This document shows, one piece after another, positions 26,277 to 41,049 of a DNA stretch of 64,000 nt. A program made the position numbers and the translations under genes. This stretch comes from Octopus vulgaris (lineage: Eukaryota). The stretch is taken from assembly GCA_951406725.2 (NCBI GenBank), contig OX597820.1, forward strand, positions 49,290,001 to 49,354,000, written 5' to 3'. A model generated the notes under the pieces. The model was not told the origin of the DNA. It searched no databases and was given only the letters and a program-made list of their open reading frames with translations. Numbering within the stretch: position 1 is the first letter of the stretch; the number at the start of each line of letters is the position of its first letter.

Positions 26277-26390
26277 CAGAGAGAGAGAGAGAGAGAGCGT
26301 TTATGAATTTGTGTTGCATGATTCCTGACGTTATGTCGAGTGTTGAAACAAATATTGTTGAATTTGGGTTGGTCATTTTATTTCATTTCA

Positions 26391-26474
<84 letters not shown>

Positions 26475-26974
26475 TTTATTTTATTTTATTTTTGGCCAAA
26501 TAAACACACCCTCTATATATTACTGTTCTTATTTAACTCATGTGTATTGTCCCGAAATCTTTGGCAAAAACATTTTTTAAATGACCATCCCGAAATACAA
26601 CAATATTTAGATAGATAGATAGATATGAATGTGTGCGTGTGTGTGTGTGTGTGTGTGTTCAGATAAATATATAGATAGACAAACAGATAGGTAGAAACAC
26701 ACGTAAACAGTTACGTTATGCGATCAAGGGAAAGAGCGACAGAGCGAGAGAGAGGGACAGAGAGAAAGAGAGGGAGACAAAGAAAGAGAGAGAGAACGAG
26801 AAGGAGGCATAGAGAGAGAGAGAAAGAGAGAGGGACAGAGAGAGAGAGAGAGTCGTATGTTAACTTTTTCAAAGTGTTTCGTCTTCAATCAATTTTAAAA
26901 ATCAAAGACTCAGTAGTACCATGAACAACGGGCCTTCTGGTATGTTATGATGAACATCCCCCCCCCCTTTATTT

Positions 26975-27590
26975 CGGATATTTCAAATCCCGCCAAATTT
27001 AATTCTGATAAACTAAGTACTACAGAAGAACTGCAGTGGATGATACCGACTAAACCCCCAACGCCTATAATTTCTGGCCTTGTGCTGAAATTAGAATCCA
27101 CAGTTATTATTATGAAGATGGCTAAGGCAGCGAGCTGGCAGAGTTGTTAGCACGCTGGGTAAAATACTCTGTAGCAATTTGTCCGTCTTTATGTTCTGAG
27201 TTCAAATTCCACGTGGTCGACTTTGCCTTTCATCCTTCGGGATCGATAAAAATAAGTATCAATTGAATAGTGGGGTCGATGTGATCGTCGGTCCCCTACC
27301 CCAACATTTCAGGATTTGTGCCTATAGTAGAAAGGGTTATTATCAAGGCGGCTAGCTGCAGGACTGTTATTTCTTCTGACAAAATGCTAAGCCGCAGTCC
27401 TTCCCGCTCTTTACGTTCTAAGTTCAAAATTCAGCCTTGATCGATGTTACCTTCTGTCCTTGGTCGATGTTACTTCCTGTCGGAGTCGATAAAATAAGTA
27501 CGAGTTGGGTACGAAGGACAATATTATTGGCCACCCTTTATTCCACTAAAATTCCTCGACTTACTCCAAAATTTTAAACCATTATCATTA
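26975..27590 (+). mobile_element. Three head-to-tail SINE-B copies of differing divergence
   Basis: Units at about 26975, 27125 (GGCAGCGAGCTGGCAGAG) and 27345 (GGCGGCTAGCTGCAGG), separated by short ATT runs. Confidence 0.8.
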
Positions 27591-28133
27591 TTGTTACTGC
27601 GCTTAAATGTTCTTGCGATCCTCTTTCCCATCACCCTGAATGCGTTAGCTACTTATTTTTTTGTCATGTAGTGAAAATATAAAATTTGATTGGCATTGGC
27701 AATTGAAGCTGGCATAAATGGTTTCAATCTCACATTATTGCAGATAACTCCTACATTACCACCACAACCGATACGTATCATTAAGCACTTCATGTTCTAA
27801 AAGAACAGCTCGGCAAAATATATACATTAGCGCTAAGAGAATACAAAGTAGATAGATATAAAAGTAGATGTATAAAAATTTCATGAAAATGAGGTGGGAT
27901 TATATTTGAACGGTCTCCGTTGTGTAATAATGGCTTTTTCAGACACATATACAATCATGCAAATATCACTGACTCATTTAGCGTATACGCCCACATTTTA
28001 TATATATCATATATAATACGCGCGCGCGTATGTGTGTGCGTGTGTGTGTGTGTGTGTGCATCAAGAGAGACAGGGAGAAAGGGAGCGGGGTTTGTGTGTT
28101 TATATGTTTTGGTACAGAAGAGTATACACACAT

Positions 28134-28167
<34 letters not shown>

Positions 28168-28168
28168 T

Positions 28169-28252
<84 letters not shown>

Positions 28253-28760
28253 CGGTTATTCTGTGTTTGAGAGAGTTTATATGCGCGTACGGTGTGTCAT
28301 TGTCTATATTTATCTATAAATACGTATATGGGAAAGGAACCCTTCAGCGGAATCATGACTCAAGACATCTCCAATAATAATGAAATTAAATAATAAAAAA
28401 AAGCATGTCCTTCCTCCAATAAAACCAAAACAATGAGTATTTTACCCCGCCCCTGTCCCTCAACCCCCAAAAGATAATATGAAAAATTAGTTTTCAAATA
28501 GACGGGAAATTTAAACATTTAACAAATGACAAATGCATCTATGTGTGCCTGTGTGTGTGTAAGTATGTATGAATCTTTGTATCTATGTATATTATCATCA
28601 TATGTGAAGATTATTTAACATTAATAATTCATTCTATTGATATGTCTCAATTATATGAGAGCTTGTGTAGATATGTGTGCGCGTATGTCGTAGAGAGAAT
28701 GTGAGGTCGCCTGTATGCGCACGCCCGTATGTGCGAGTACGAATGTGTGTGCACACACGG

Positions 28761-28809
<49 letters not shown>

Positions 28810-28879
28810 TGTGTGGAAGGGAAATAATAGCTTAAAATGCTTAAAATGTTTTAAAATTCCTAATATTATTGTAATTGTT

Positions 28880-29175
28880 ATGTCGGGGAAGAAGTGGCAA
28901 ATTCGGTAGAACTGTCAAATATAATTCTCTGTAGAATTAACTCGCACCACTTTTCTACAGAAAGTCGATTCAATCGCGTACACTCTCTTCGTTCATAATG
29001 CGGCGCCTTGTGTGAGTAATAATCGTCGTTGTTATTATGTTCAAATTCCTCACAGGTCGGCCTCGTCTTAAATTCTGGAGTCAATGAAATATCATATCTG
29101 CCAAACACAAGCGCCAACGTCATCGATTTTAACCAGTCTCTAAATTTAGTCCTTGTGCCTAGTTTAGAAATTAAT
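28880..29175 (+). mobile_element. SINE-B, degraded
   Basis: GTTCAAATTCCTCACAGGTCGGCC ... CCTTGTGCCTAGTTTAGAAATTA. Confidence 0.55.
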
Positions 29176-29550
29176 TTTATAGTTTAATACAAAGATTAGC
29201 AGATTTTTGTTTTTGTTCTGTAGTAAACAGTGCAGCTGTACCTCCACGTCCACCATCTCTAGTTTCTTTGGGCGGCTTTTGATGCATTTGAAAAGAGGTT
29301 AGCCCTTCAAACAATCTGTAGTGAGTGTGACGCCTATTCACGTCTCTTTTGCTGCTGAACGTCGCCGATTCTGATATAGAGAGTGCAACAGAGACACAAA
29401 AAGGATAAGAATCAATCTCAGAATTTCAGTGGTAATCTATTTATCGAATACTAACTGGATAAACGGTAAGAGTTAATGGTAGGATTTCGAATCGGATATA
29501 ACAGATTCGGCAGAACCAGTTCAGAATAACTTTGTGAAAAGAGACAGGGC

Positions 29551-29596
<46 letters not shown>

Positions 29597-29854
29597 AAAA
29601 GACGATACCAGTATTTGACTGGTACTTTATCGATCACCAGAAAGACAAATGTCAAAGTTGATATCGGGGAGATTTTAAACGCAGGGTAGAAAGAGTTGGA
29701 ACAATTGATGACAACGTAATTAACCACCGTTTTCTACATGAAGGTTTTCACAGTAATTTAGCTACGTCCCCTAAATTCAGAGCCGTCTGAATTATCCTTC
29801 CACTTAACAGGACCAATGAAAATATATCCGTTGGCATTAATGTTGTCGTTATTG

Positions 29855-30060
29855 TTATTGTAGTTTAATCCAAGGTCACTCATGATCAGACAATTGCATT
29901 CCAGAAATGACCACCCTATATTTTTCTTCTGAAAAGCATGTTGTGCCTTACACTACATTATGCAACGAGTCCCCTCTTTTCAAGAAAATCGGTTGTGGTT
30001 TGAGGAGGTAGTGTTTCCATTTCAAGCACGTCGGTTTTCATCGTAGAGCATCTCTCATTG
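29855..30060 (-). mobile_element. Family E interspersed repeat
   Basis: GTTTAATCCAAGGTCA...GTGGTTTGAGGAGG...ATTTCAAGCA is the reverse complement of the 61820 and 54088 copies. Confidence 0.55.
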
Positions 30061-30246
30061 GCTCTTTCAAAAAAAAATGTAAGACAAGTCCCAGTCTGCT
30101 ACAAATATGTAATTGTCTTCGAAAGTTACAAATCATTATTGATTGACTGTCAGAAATCATAGACATAACTTTGAGTTTGAAGTGTGACGTGAATTATTTT
30201 AACATTATCTACAAAAATCGTACTGGATAACATAATAATAATAATA

Positions 30247-30303
<57 letters not shown>

Positions 30304-30460
30304 GTCCTTCCTTTTGGAGGGGATGCAAGTGCAGTGCATACAAGGAAAAATATGTAATGCAAAAACGGGTCTATAAAACAAGAGAATATGCACACATTAC
30401 ACGCGCATTTTCACGCACACAGATGAATGCGTGCGTGCATGTTTGTGCGTGTGTCCAGAA

Positions 30461-30498
<38 letters not shown>

Positions 30499-31001
30499 TG
30501 AGAGAGAGAGAGAAACAGAGAATGTGTGTGTGTGCGAGCGAGAGAGAGAAGTTGAGAGAGAGTGTGTGTGTTTTGTGCGAGAAAGAGCTAGAGAGAGAGA
30601 GAGTTAGAGAGAGTCAGAGAAAGAGTGTGTGGGCTGCGAGAGAGAGAGCGAGAGGGAGAGGGTGAGAGAGAAACTGAGAGATAGATAGAGAGAGAGAGAC
30701 GGACGAAACAGGTTTAATATATTCGTGTAAAATCATATTTCGAGCATGCGGAAATAGTCAAGAGAGGAAACAACTTTCCTCCTGGACGACATTAATTAAA
30801 ACACATTAGATTTCGAATGACGTTACCGCATTGCAGAACGCACGCGTGTGATAGCTCCTTCCCGCAATGATCCACAAGAACTAAATCTGTCACCCACAGC
30901 CCGAGAATAACGTATTCGTTTGCACACTAGAACAGCACAAAAGGGATGTATGAAATAAAATCGTCGTTGTTTGATACAAAACTTATAAGATCAACGTTTC
31001 T

Positions 31002-31412
31002 TATTTCTCGATTGCCCACAAGGGGCTACACACAGAGGAGACAAACAAGGACAGACAAACGGATTAAGTCGATTATATCGACCCCAGTGCGTAACTGGTA
31101 CTTAATTTATCGACCCCGAAAGGATGAAAGACAAAGTCGACTTCGGCGTAATTTGAACTCAGAACGTAACGGCAGACGAAATACCTATTTCTTTATTACC
31201 CACAAGGGGCTAAACATAGAGGGGACAAACAAGGACAGACATAGGTATTAAGTCGATTACATCGACCCCAGTTCGTAACTCGTACTTTAATTTATCGACC
31301 CCGAAAGGATGAAAGGCAAAGTCGACCTCGGCGGAATTTGAACTCAGAACAGACGAAATACCGCTAAGCATTTCGCCCGGCGTGCTAACGTTCCTGCCAG
31401 CTCGCCGCCTTC
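31002..31412 (-). mobile_element. SINE-B dimer with full head and 17-bp target-site duplication
   Basis: Head AAGGCGGCGAGCTGGCAG; flanks ATAAGATCAACGTTTCT (30985-31001) and ATAAGAGCAACGTTTCT (31413-31429). Confidence 0.9.
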
Positions 31413-31854
31413 ATAAGAGCAACGTTTCTACAAATCTATTAGACGCTGCCATGCACCGAGGAACTCTGCTGCTCTATTCAGTTTCGGCTGAATTTACTTC
31501 GATCTTTTAATTCTGAACGTGTTAATGAGAATCTTCAATAATGGGTAGAACTAGAAGTATCTCATTGGACCGTTCTGTTACTTTTTAACAAGAGTCAGTA
31601 ATTTAGGCCTTCTGTATTTGTGGACCACATCTCATCTTGCTTTTCGTCCTTCCGTTCGACAACATCAGACACTGACTGGCAGTAGGAGCAGACGTAAAAT
31701 TTGGGTAACATACGGGGAAATGTGCTACTCTAGCTTCTTACTTGCCTTTAGTCAGGTCTTATTTCAAACTTTGTCTAGTAACTTTCTTTCAAATTTATGT
31801 AAGTGCTGGTATGTTTTTTCCATGTGTCGTCAGCATGAGCATGGATATATATTT

Positions 31855-32160
31855 GTGGAAGGAAATCTGGCTGAATGGTTAAATGGTTCGTGATACATTC
31901 TTATTTCGTGGCGTCTTACGCAAGTCTTTCTCACCGTAACACTTCATTACCCGAAGTCTTCTGAATGAAAACAAGTGAAAAGAAATTGTATGAAACGCTA
32001 GTCTCATTCAGTGATTATCTTGTTACACTGTGTCACGTTGCTTCGGCCTAAGGATCATGAGAAAATTATGATTTGTCTATGGAAGATTCAACCACTTACA
32101 AGTCAATTTTCTGAGTAGGTAACTTAGATCAGACAATTGAATTGTAGTCCTCGAAGTGGT
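31855..32160 (+). mobile_element. Old chimeric SINE (SINE-A-like body, SINE-C-like tail)
   Basis: TGGCTGAATGGTTA head, TCTTACGCAAGTCTTTCT body, TTGTTACACTGTGTCACG...CAACCACTTACAAGTCAATTT tail. Confidence 0.55.
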
Positions 32161-32224
32161 AAATAATCCGCCATATACGTTTAGGTTGACAACGACGTAA
32201 AAAATGTATGACCCGGCTTAAGTA

Positions 32225-32435
32225 TTGATTTCAAATTTTGGCACAAGGTCAGCAATTCAGGGGAAAAGGTTTAGTCGATTACATCAACCTCAGTGCTCAA
32301 ATGGTAAGTTATTTTACTAACCCTGAAGCAATGACAGAGTGGACTTCGGAAAAGTTTGAACTCAGAACGTAAAGGTGGACAAAATGAAGGTAAGCATTAA
32401 GCCTGATGTGCAAACGATTCTGCCAGCTTAGCTGA
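32225..32435 (-). mobile_element. SINE-B monomer
   Basis: TTTCAAATTTTGGCACAAGG...AGTCGATTACATC...TTTGAACTCAGAACGTA...AACGATTCTGCCAGCT. Confidence 0.8.
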
Positions 32436-32951
32436 CTCGGCTTAAGTTTTTTTTTTTTTTTTTTACTACGGTGTTAACATTGCTTGTTGAAGTAAGAAAA
32501 AAAACTAAATGTGAAGCATGAAAATACTTGAAATGTTGTATATTCAAAAGACTTTATATAATTATATATTGATCGTGTACATAATTTCCCGCCTAGAACA
32601 AAAATACACCTAGACCCACCATCACCGGAACGCGCGCGCACACACACACACAAGCAGACAAACGCAGTCGTGAGACTGTTCTTAATGTCGATCTTTGTAT
32701 CGAATTCGCTTCTATTTAGTTTGGTGTGTATTCATTCTATTGTTTTATATTTACGTATTCGCGCTACGTTGCGCACTTGAAATCGTGTCGTTTTTGTTTT
32801 TTTCTTTTAACGCATAGAAATATATACATGCAGGCATATATGCGTAGAAATGCTCAAAACACTATGCAAGACACACATAGAAACATTCTCAGTCACGAAA
32901 TGACACAAGCATTCATATGGACATACATACATACATACAAATATGTATATA

Positions 32952-33056
<105 letters not shown>

Positions 33057-33277
33057 ATGTGTGTGTGTGTATTTATGTATGTATGTATTTATGTATACAC
33101 AAAAACACACGCACAGTCACTCATGTGCACATATGTAGATAGACTGATAGAACGATAAACAAACAGATAACGAGTTGGACAGACCGACAGACAGCCAGAG
33201 AAAAAAGACAGGCAAACAGATATGCATAAATATAGACAGATACATACACAGACAGATAGATAGATAGATAGATATAT

Positions 33278-33331
<54 letters not shown>

Positions 33332-33664
33332 AAGAGAAAGAGATTAGACAAACAACGGAAAACGAAAGAGCAAAAACAAAATAGATTTAACATGATGAGC
33401 TAAGTTTACGGTCAAAATTATTAGTTTCACGCTCAAAGCGGAAAGAGTTAATTATAAGGTCTCGGATATTGTCCATTTTTGGAATGTGGGGGATGGGGAA
33501 AGAGAGGGGAAAGGAAGAGTAAAACTGAATAAAGCCGTATGGATATAAATAATCTTCAAATAAAAGAATCGTCTCGAAAATGCCCAGTGTTGTTTCACAC
33601 GCATACTTACAAACGCAAGTAAGCTATCACGACGAATCACACACCCATATATCTGTATGAATCA

Positions 33665-33703
33665 TGATGTATGTATGTATGTATGTACGTATGTATGTAT
33701 TTG

Positions 33704-33786
<83 letters not shown>

Positions 33787-33810
33787 CTCCATCCATCCAT
33801 CCATCCATCC

Positions 33811-33843
<33 letters not shown>

Positions 33844-33858
33844 GAAAATTAGATAGAC

Positions 33859-33892
<34 letters not shown>

Positions 33893-34019
33893 GTGGGTAG
33901 ATAGCTAGACAGATAGACAGATAGGTAGGATGATGGATGGATGGATGGATGGATGGATGGATGGATGGATGGGTGGATATATACGTACTTACGTACACAC
34001 ACACATAACACACACATAC

Positions 34020-34050
<31 letters not shown>

Positions 34051-34138
34051 CATACATACATACATACATACATACATACATAATGCTTACATACATACAT
34101 ACATAATGCTTACATACATACACATATACATATATACA
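33665..34138. repeat. Compound (TATG)/(TCTA)/(TCCA)/(GATA)/(GGAT)/(TACA) microsatellite block
   Basis: Direct reading; the two halves are partly reverse-complementary. Confidence 0.95.
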
Positions 34139-35021
34139 TGAAAAAAAAACTGAAATTCATATCATTATATACTTTTCACTCCTGCCTGACATGTGTGTGT
34201 ATATAAATATGCAAGTTTTCGCCTATAAAGACTATTTGCTGTTCTCAAGTGGTTTCTCCCGTATTATTATCAATCAAATTCACCCAGTCTCTTTGAAATC
34301 GATCAGTGTTGAATTTTTAAAACGCTATTACGTTTTAACTTAGCTCACTTCCGTTTCCGCTGTACACATTCTTATCAATAACAGTTCTTCTTATGTGAAA
34401 AAGTATTTCAACATGAAAACTCTTCAAGAATGTGAAGTAGAAGTATGATATTTCCTATTTTAATCGTGTTTCTCTATCAATCATATATATACGCAATCTC
34501 TCTTTCCACTCCTCAGCTGTCTCTCCTGTACATCTGTATTTTTCTAGATCGACATCTCTATTTTCATTTCCCAAAATCCGCACAAAGACACACACACACA
34601 CACACACAAACATACACGCACACAAAGACACGCACACACACAAACACACACACACACACACACACACACATCACATCGCACGCGCACGCATACATCAGAA
34701 GTATACATGTATATGTCTGTGTATGTGCGGTTGTTTGTGTGCATGTGTGTGCGTGTGAGCAGGTGGTGTGTGTATGTATTGCTCAGTGCGTGTGTTCATG
34801 TGTGTTCATGTGTGTATACTTATTTTGAATGAAATTACAAATATTACTTTTTATGTCAATTTCAAGAAATACCAGAAATACATATATCTATACCGAAAAA
34901 AATTTTCATGAAAATAGTGTAATTCTGGGATTTCACATATGTAAAAAAATAGTAAACATATATATCTTATTATTCTGACGACAGTTGACACGTTAACTTT
35001 TCAGAATATCATATGTAAAGC

Positions 35022-35605
35022 GAAACGTTAGCTCGCCGAGCGAAATGCGTAGCCGTATTTTGTCTGCCGTTACATCCTGAGTTTAAATTCCGCCGAGGTC
35101 GACATTGCCTATCATCCTTTCGGGGTCGATTAAATAAGTACCAGTTACGCACTGGGGTCGATGTAATCGACTTAATCCCTTTGTCTGTCCTTGTTTGTCC
35201 TCTCTGTGGGTAGTAAAGAAATAGGTATTTCGTCTGACGTTACGTTCTGAGTTCAAACTCCGCCGAGGTCGACTTTGCCTTTCATCCTTTCGGGGTCGAT
35301 AAATTAAGTACCAATTGAGCACTAGAGTCGATGTAATCGACTTAATCACTTTGTCTGTCCTTGTTTGTTCCCTCTATGTTTAGCCCCTTGAGGGCAATAA
35401 AGAAATAAGAAAAGTTAGCACGCCGGGCGAAACGCTTAGCGGCATTTCGTCTGTTTTTACGTTCTGAGTTCAAATTCTACCGAGGTCAACTTTGCCTTTC
35501 ATCCTTTCGGGGTCGATAAATTAAGTACCAGTTGCGTACTGAGGTCGATCTAAACGACTGGCTCCCCTTCCCCAAAATTTCGGGCCTAAAGCAGAAAAGA
35601 ATATC
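35022..35605 (+). mobile_element. SINE-B trimer
   Basis: Units start at about 35022, 35224 and 35408; the third unit ends in the alternative CCCCTTCCCAAAATTTCGGGCC tail. Confidence 0.9.
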
Positions 35606-36205
35606 ATTATATATGTGAAAGAGAAGAGACAAGAACAAAAAAGAAAGCGAAACGAGAGAGGCAGACAAAACGGATGAAGTAATGTTGACGTAGAAAGAGT
35701 ACCCATAGAAGAAGAAGAAAAATAAAAAGAAAGTGACAGAAAACAATAAGAAGCAAATTATAAAGAAGTAAAATTATAATTAAATCGAACAGAAAAGGAG
35801 AAATAACGGGAAGGTATAAGGAATGAGGATAAAAGAGGGGGAAAAGGCTGAGGAAGGAAATGGTAAATGTTTGAACATATTTTAGAAATGTAAGTACGAA
35901 TCACAGTAAAGATTTAAAATAAACAGCATGCATGGTAGTGATTTTAAAGCATCTTTGAATAAGTACGTAGGAAAGGAATGATCAAATGTTTTCTTTTTTG
36001 CTTATTTTTTTCTTATAACGATCTACTTAGATGGTGACAGATTATGAGATGAAAACAATGTTTCTGGAAAATATAGTTCATATTGTGCTCTGGTTGAATT
36101 AGCCCCCATTGGTGAAACGGGAAACAGAATAAGATCATTGTCTCAATTTGACTCTACCGTAAGCAGTCAGATTTTAAATCAATAAATGCTTTCGTTTGTA
36201 TGGGA

Positions 36206-36353
36206 CTGTCGTGCACAAACTGCGGCCAGCGGAACTTTTTGAATGATACGTCTAACGAAAAACTACCTCTACAATTTTTAGCACTGCATCCCCTCTGATG
36301 ATAAGCCATGCCTCATGAGGGGCCCCCTTCTTCAAATAATTTGCCCATGCCTG
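36206..36353. mobile_element. Small hAT-like MITE remnant
   Basis: Left end CTGTCGTGCACAAACTGCGGCC, right end ATTTGCCCATGCCTG (reverse complement CAGGCATGGGCAAAT); no clear TSD. Confidence 0.45.
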
Positions 36354-36702
36354 ATATAGCGCCTCCATCAGAATAAATCGACCATAAATCGTTATATGTG
36401 TGCACATAACTGGTCACGATTTGTTTATCAGTGTTACAGATATCTATTCCAAAGAAAGGCCTCTGACTAACCGTTGCAGTATGGCATCAGTGTCGTCCTT
36501 GACGTTGGTGTAAGAATGCAAAAGAAAAGTTACCACTAAGTATATTTGCCTACCCACTACAAAGTTCCGCTACTTCTTCTCAAGCATCTGGTTCCTATGG
36601 ACCCTCTTTGATTCCTATTTTACTCAGATAGGCCCTCATGGATATTCAATTTAAAACTAAATCCTATTATATTTTCATCATTTAATATTTAGGAGTTGTA
36701 TT

Positions 36703-36915
36703 AAGGCGGCGAGCTAGCAGAATCGTTAGTGAGTTGGACGTAATGCTTAGCTCTATTTCGCCCGTCGCTACGTTCTGAGTTCTGAGTCAACCGAGGTCGA
36801 CATTGCCTTTCATCCTTTCGTGGTCGATAAATTAAGTACCAGTGAAACACTCGGGTCGATGTAATCGACTTACTCTTCTCCCCCATGCTTGCGGCAAAAA
36901 TTTGAAATCATTATT
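36703..36915 (+). mobile_element. SINE-B full-length monomer
   Basis: AAGGCGGCGAGCTAGCAGAATCGTTAG head through GTCGATGTAATCGAC to TTTGAAATCATTATT. Confidence 0.88.
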
Positions 36916-36989
36916 AGTAATTGTATTAAATAATTGTTAAAATAGTTTCTGTGCTGTATAAGTATAACCAATTAATTGCGCATAAATTT

Positions 36990-37050
36990 TAGCAACAAAT
37001 ATTTTATGTGGGCCACCAGGGGTTATATGGAACCCGATTGAGAACCACTG
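36990..37050. mobile_element. hAT/Charlie-like terminal fragment
   Basis: Ends GATTGAGAACCACTG (reverse complement CAGTGGTTCTCAA, a common hAT TIR); no partner end seen. Confidence 0.5.
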
Positions 37051-38114
37051 CGCTAAACCATTGGTCTGGTTTTGTACTGCTTTTACCGACCCCGAAACAA
37101 AGAAAAATAAAATTGTTTCCGGTGATATTTGAACTCAGAGCACCGGGAATCGGAACAAATAAAACGTTATCTCATATGGAAATGCATCAACATGGTACGT
37201 ATATAATTAATTGTTAAACATTGTCATAGTAATTAATTACATATTGGTAATATACGAATGATGAAGTGTTTTACTTTTATTATAATTTGATAAATATTTT
37301 CATTTTCAAAATTAGACTTCATTTCATTGTTTCCTATCAGCAACATGAAATATGAGAAGAAGAAAATAAACTTCAATTATAATTATTGCACCTATGTAAT
37401 ATTGCTTGATATTATATATAGTGTTCAAAGATAATATTGATCATATATATAACAGGTAACGTGCTAGCGACATTAAAATTTTGGAAAATTCTTAATGAAC
37501 TTAATGAAAATTCAACAATTAATCAAATTACTCTTTATTAATTTCAAATAATTCTTATATCCATATTTTCCTTTCAGAAAACTCTTTTGTAATTTCCCAT
37601 ATGTTTTCAATTTTTCCCGTTTGTAATTTTCCTTCATTCTCTATCCATATTACAATCTGTTATCTTTGCATACGTTTTCTTTAATTTATATCCTATCGTC
37701 ACTTAAATTAAAGTTGAAAGCATTAAGCAGATACACTAAATGGGTCATTGCTGGAGGCCACCGACTAAATCTTCATATTCCAACAGCAGGCAAAAAGAAC
37801 AACTACAGCATAAATACGTTAAAATTTGATCGGTGTTAAGGCCATAGGGTTTAATTGCAATTGAATGTAAGGAAAAAAATTCTGTGAAAAATTACACTGT
37901 CGTGCCATCTTCATGGAAATATATAGTCAAATTTGCGTTAAATATATCTGTGTGCGTGTGTTTGTACCTATGTGTGTGTGTATGTATGTGCTTGGGAGCA
38001 TGTGTACTACGCATTAAATAGCTAATTAGGATTAATTATCTGTAAAGAAATTAAAAACATGTGAAACTAGCAAATCTGCAGACGCAGATTTCAGTGATAA
38101 AACAACAACAATAA

Positions 38115-39071
<957 letters not shown>

Positions 39072-39443
39072 TATAATAATAATAATAATAATAATGATAA
39101 TAGTAATAGTAATAATTGTAACATTACTATGGCGGTAACATCAATAACATCAATGTGATATATAATACGAGCTATACGATAAAATTAATCTGTTGTACAA
39201 AATGGAAGACAAAAGAAGAGAGCTTCAGCTTCAGCATTTTTATAATAATCATCACCAACACTATAAACATCATCTCCATCACAATTACTATAACCTTTCC
39301 TCTCAATTCAATAATCGTCGTCTTCTTCCGCATCATCATTATAATCCTCATTCCCCATCGTCGTCGTCATCATCATGCCAATCATGATGATCATCACCAT
39401 CGTCGTTATCATCATAATCCACGACAAAAAGAAAAAGGTAGCG

Positions 39444-39484
<41 letters not shown>

Positions 39485-40681
39485 CATACATATATATGTA
39501 TGTATGTATACACACGCGCATATATATGCACATGCTTATGCACTAGTGTTTGTGTATATATGTGCATATGTGCATCTGTCTGTCTGTGTATGTGCATATG
39601 TGCATGTATGTATGTGTGTAAACAATGATAATATCACACTGAGTATTTACCCTTTGATGTCTCTCGGAATGTAATTAGTCATTTTCGGTAATCGTTCAAG
39701 GGAGACTATTTCGTTAATTAAACCAACGTAATGAAAGTTTTACTAAATCAATAAATCAAATTGGTTAATTTATAAATATTACTGTTTGGTTATAGCTCAT
39801 CTTGTTGTTGCTGTTGCTGTTGCTTTTGCTGTAATGTTTATTTTTTTTTATAGTTGCTATTACTGGTGTTGTTCCTATTGCATTGCCGTCATCATTTGTT
39901 TTCATTTTATTTTAATGGCTGTTATTGTTGACGCCATTGCTATTACCGCAGTTATCGTTACATTATCATTATTTGTGGTGTTATCATCGTTTGTTTATAT
40001 TTTTTAGTGTTTTATATTTCATTTGTGATAGCTTGTAGTTGTTGTTGTCATTGATTTTGTTGTTGTGGCTATTGTTGTTTTTGTAGTTGTTTCAATTACA
40101 TTGCTTAAGTTTCGTAATAAATTTTCACTTTATTTTCCTGCATTGTTTCGATTTGCTATTGAGAAAACAATTTTTTTTCATCCTGCTCCTCTTTTTTTCT
40201 TAATTATTTCTGTTCCTATTGTTGTTGCTGTTGTTGATGCTGGTTTCCGTGAGGAACATCATTTCCTATTACTTGCACCTGATATAGAAAACATCAGGTC
40301 ATGTGATAAAGCATCAGGTGGAAGAACATTGTAAGAATTTGAACAATGCTTTTCAGAAAGAATAAACAAACCATATAGATATGTGGATGCTTACATACAT
40401 GCATGTATGCATGAATATATACACATGTATACACACTAATACACTTAAATGAGCGTGCTCATACAGATCATTCAAGTTATATTACTGCACATAGCACGCG
40501 CTAGCTAATAACACATGAGTGTTATTGGCTAATCATGGTGGAAGGCACATTCAAACTGGAGGCAAGGAACGAATACTTTTGAAGAAGTGTACTGCGTTAA
40601 AGTTATCTATGCCTGTCAGTCTCTCTCTCTATCTTCCTATTTCTCTCTCGCCCTGTCTGTTTGTTTGTCTGTCTGTCTCTT

Positions 40682-40737
<56 letters not shown>

Positions 40738-40764
40738 CGTACATGCATACATACATATGTATGA

Positions 40765-40965
40765 GTGGCCATGCAGGAGCACCACCTTTACCCGAGCAAA
40801 TCGACTACAAGACTTCTTCTTTGTAAGCCTAGTACTTATTTTGCCGAACCGCTAAGTTACGGGGACGTAAGCACACCACCATCGGTTGTTAAGTGATTTT
40901 TTTGGGGGGTGGGGGGACAAACAGACACACAAACACACACATACACACACACACACACACACATA
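40765..40965 (-). mobile_element. SINE-A, 3' half
   Basis: GGCCATGCAGGAGCACC...GAGCAAATCGAC...GCCGAACCGCTAAGTTACGGGGACGTAA. Confidence 0.85.
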
Positions 40966-41049
40966 TATATACTTGCAATGTTTTGGCATTGAGAGAATTC
41001 AACTTATTTGAAGAAAAAATATATATATATATATGTATATATATATAAA

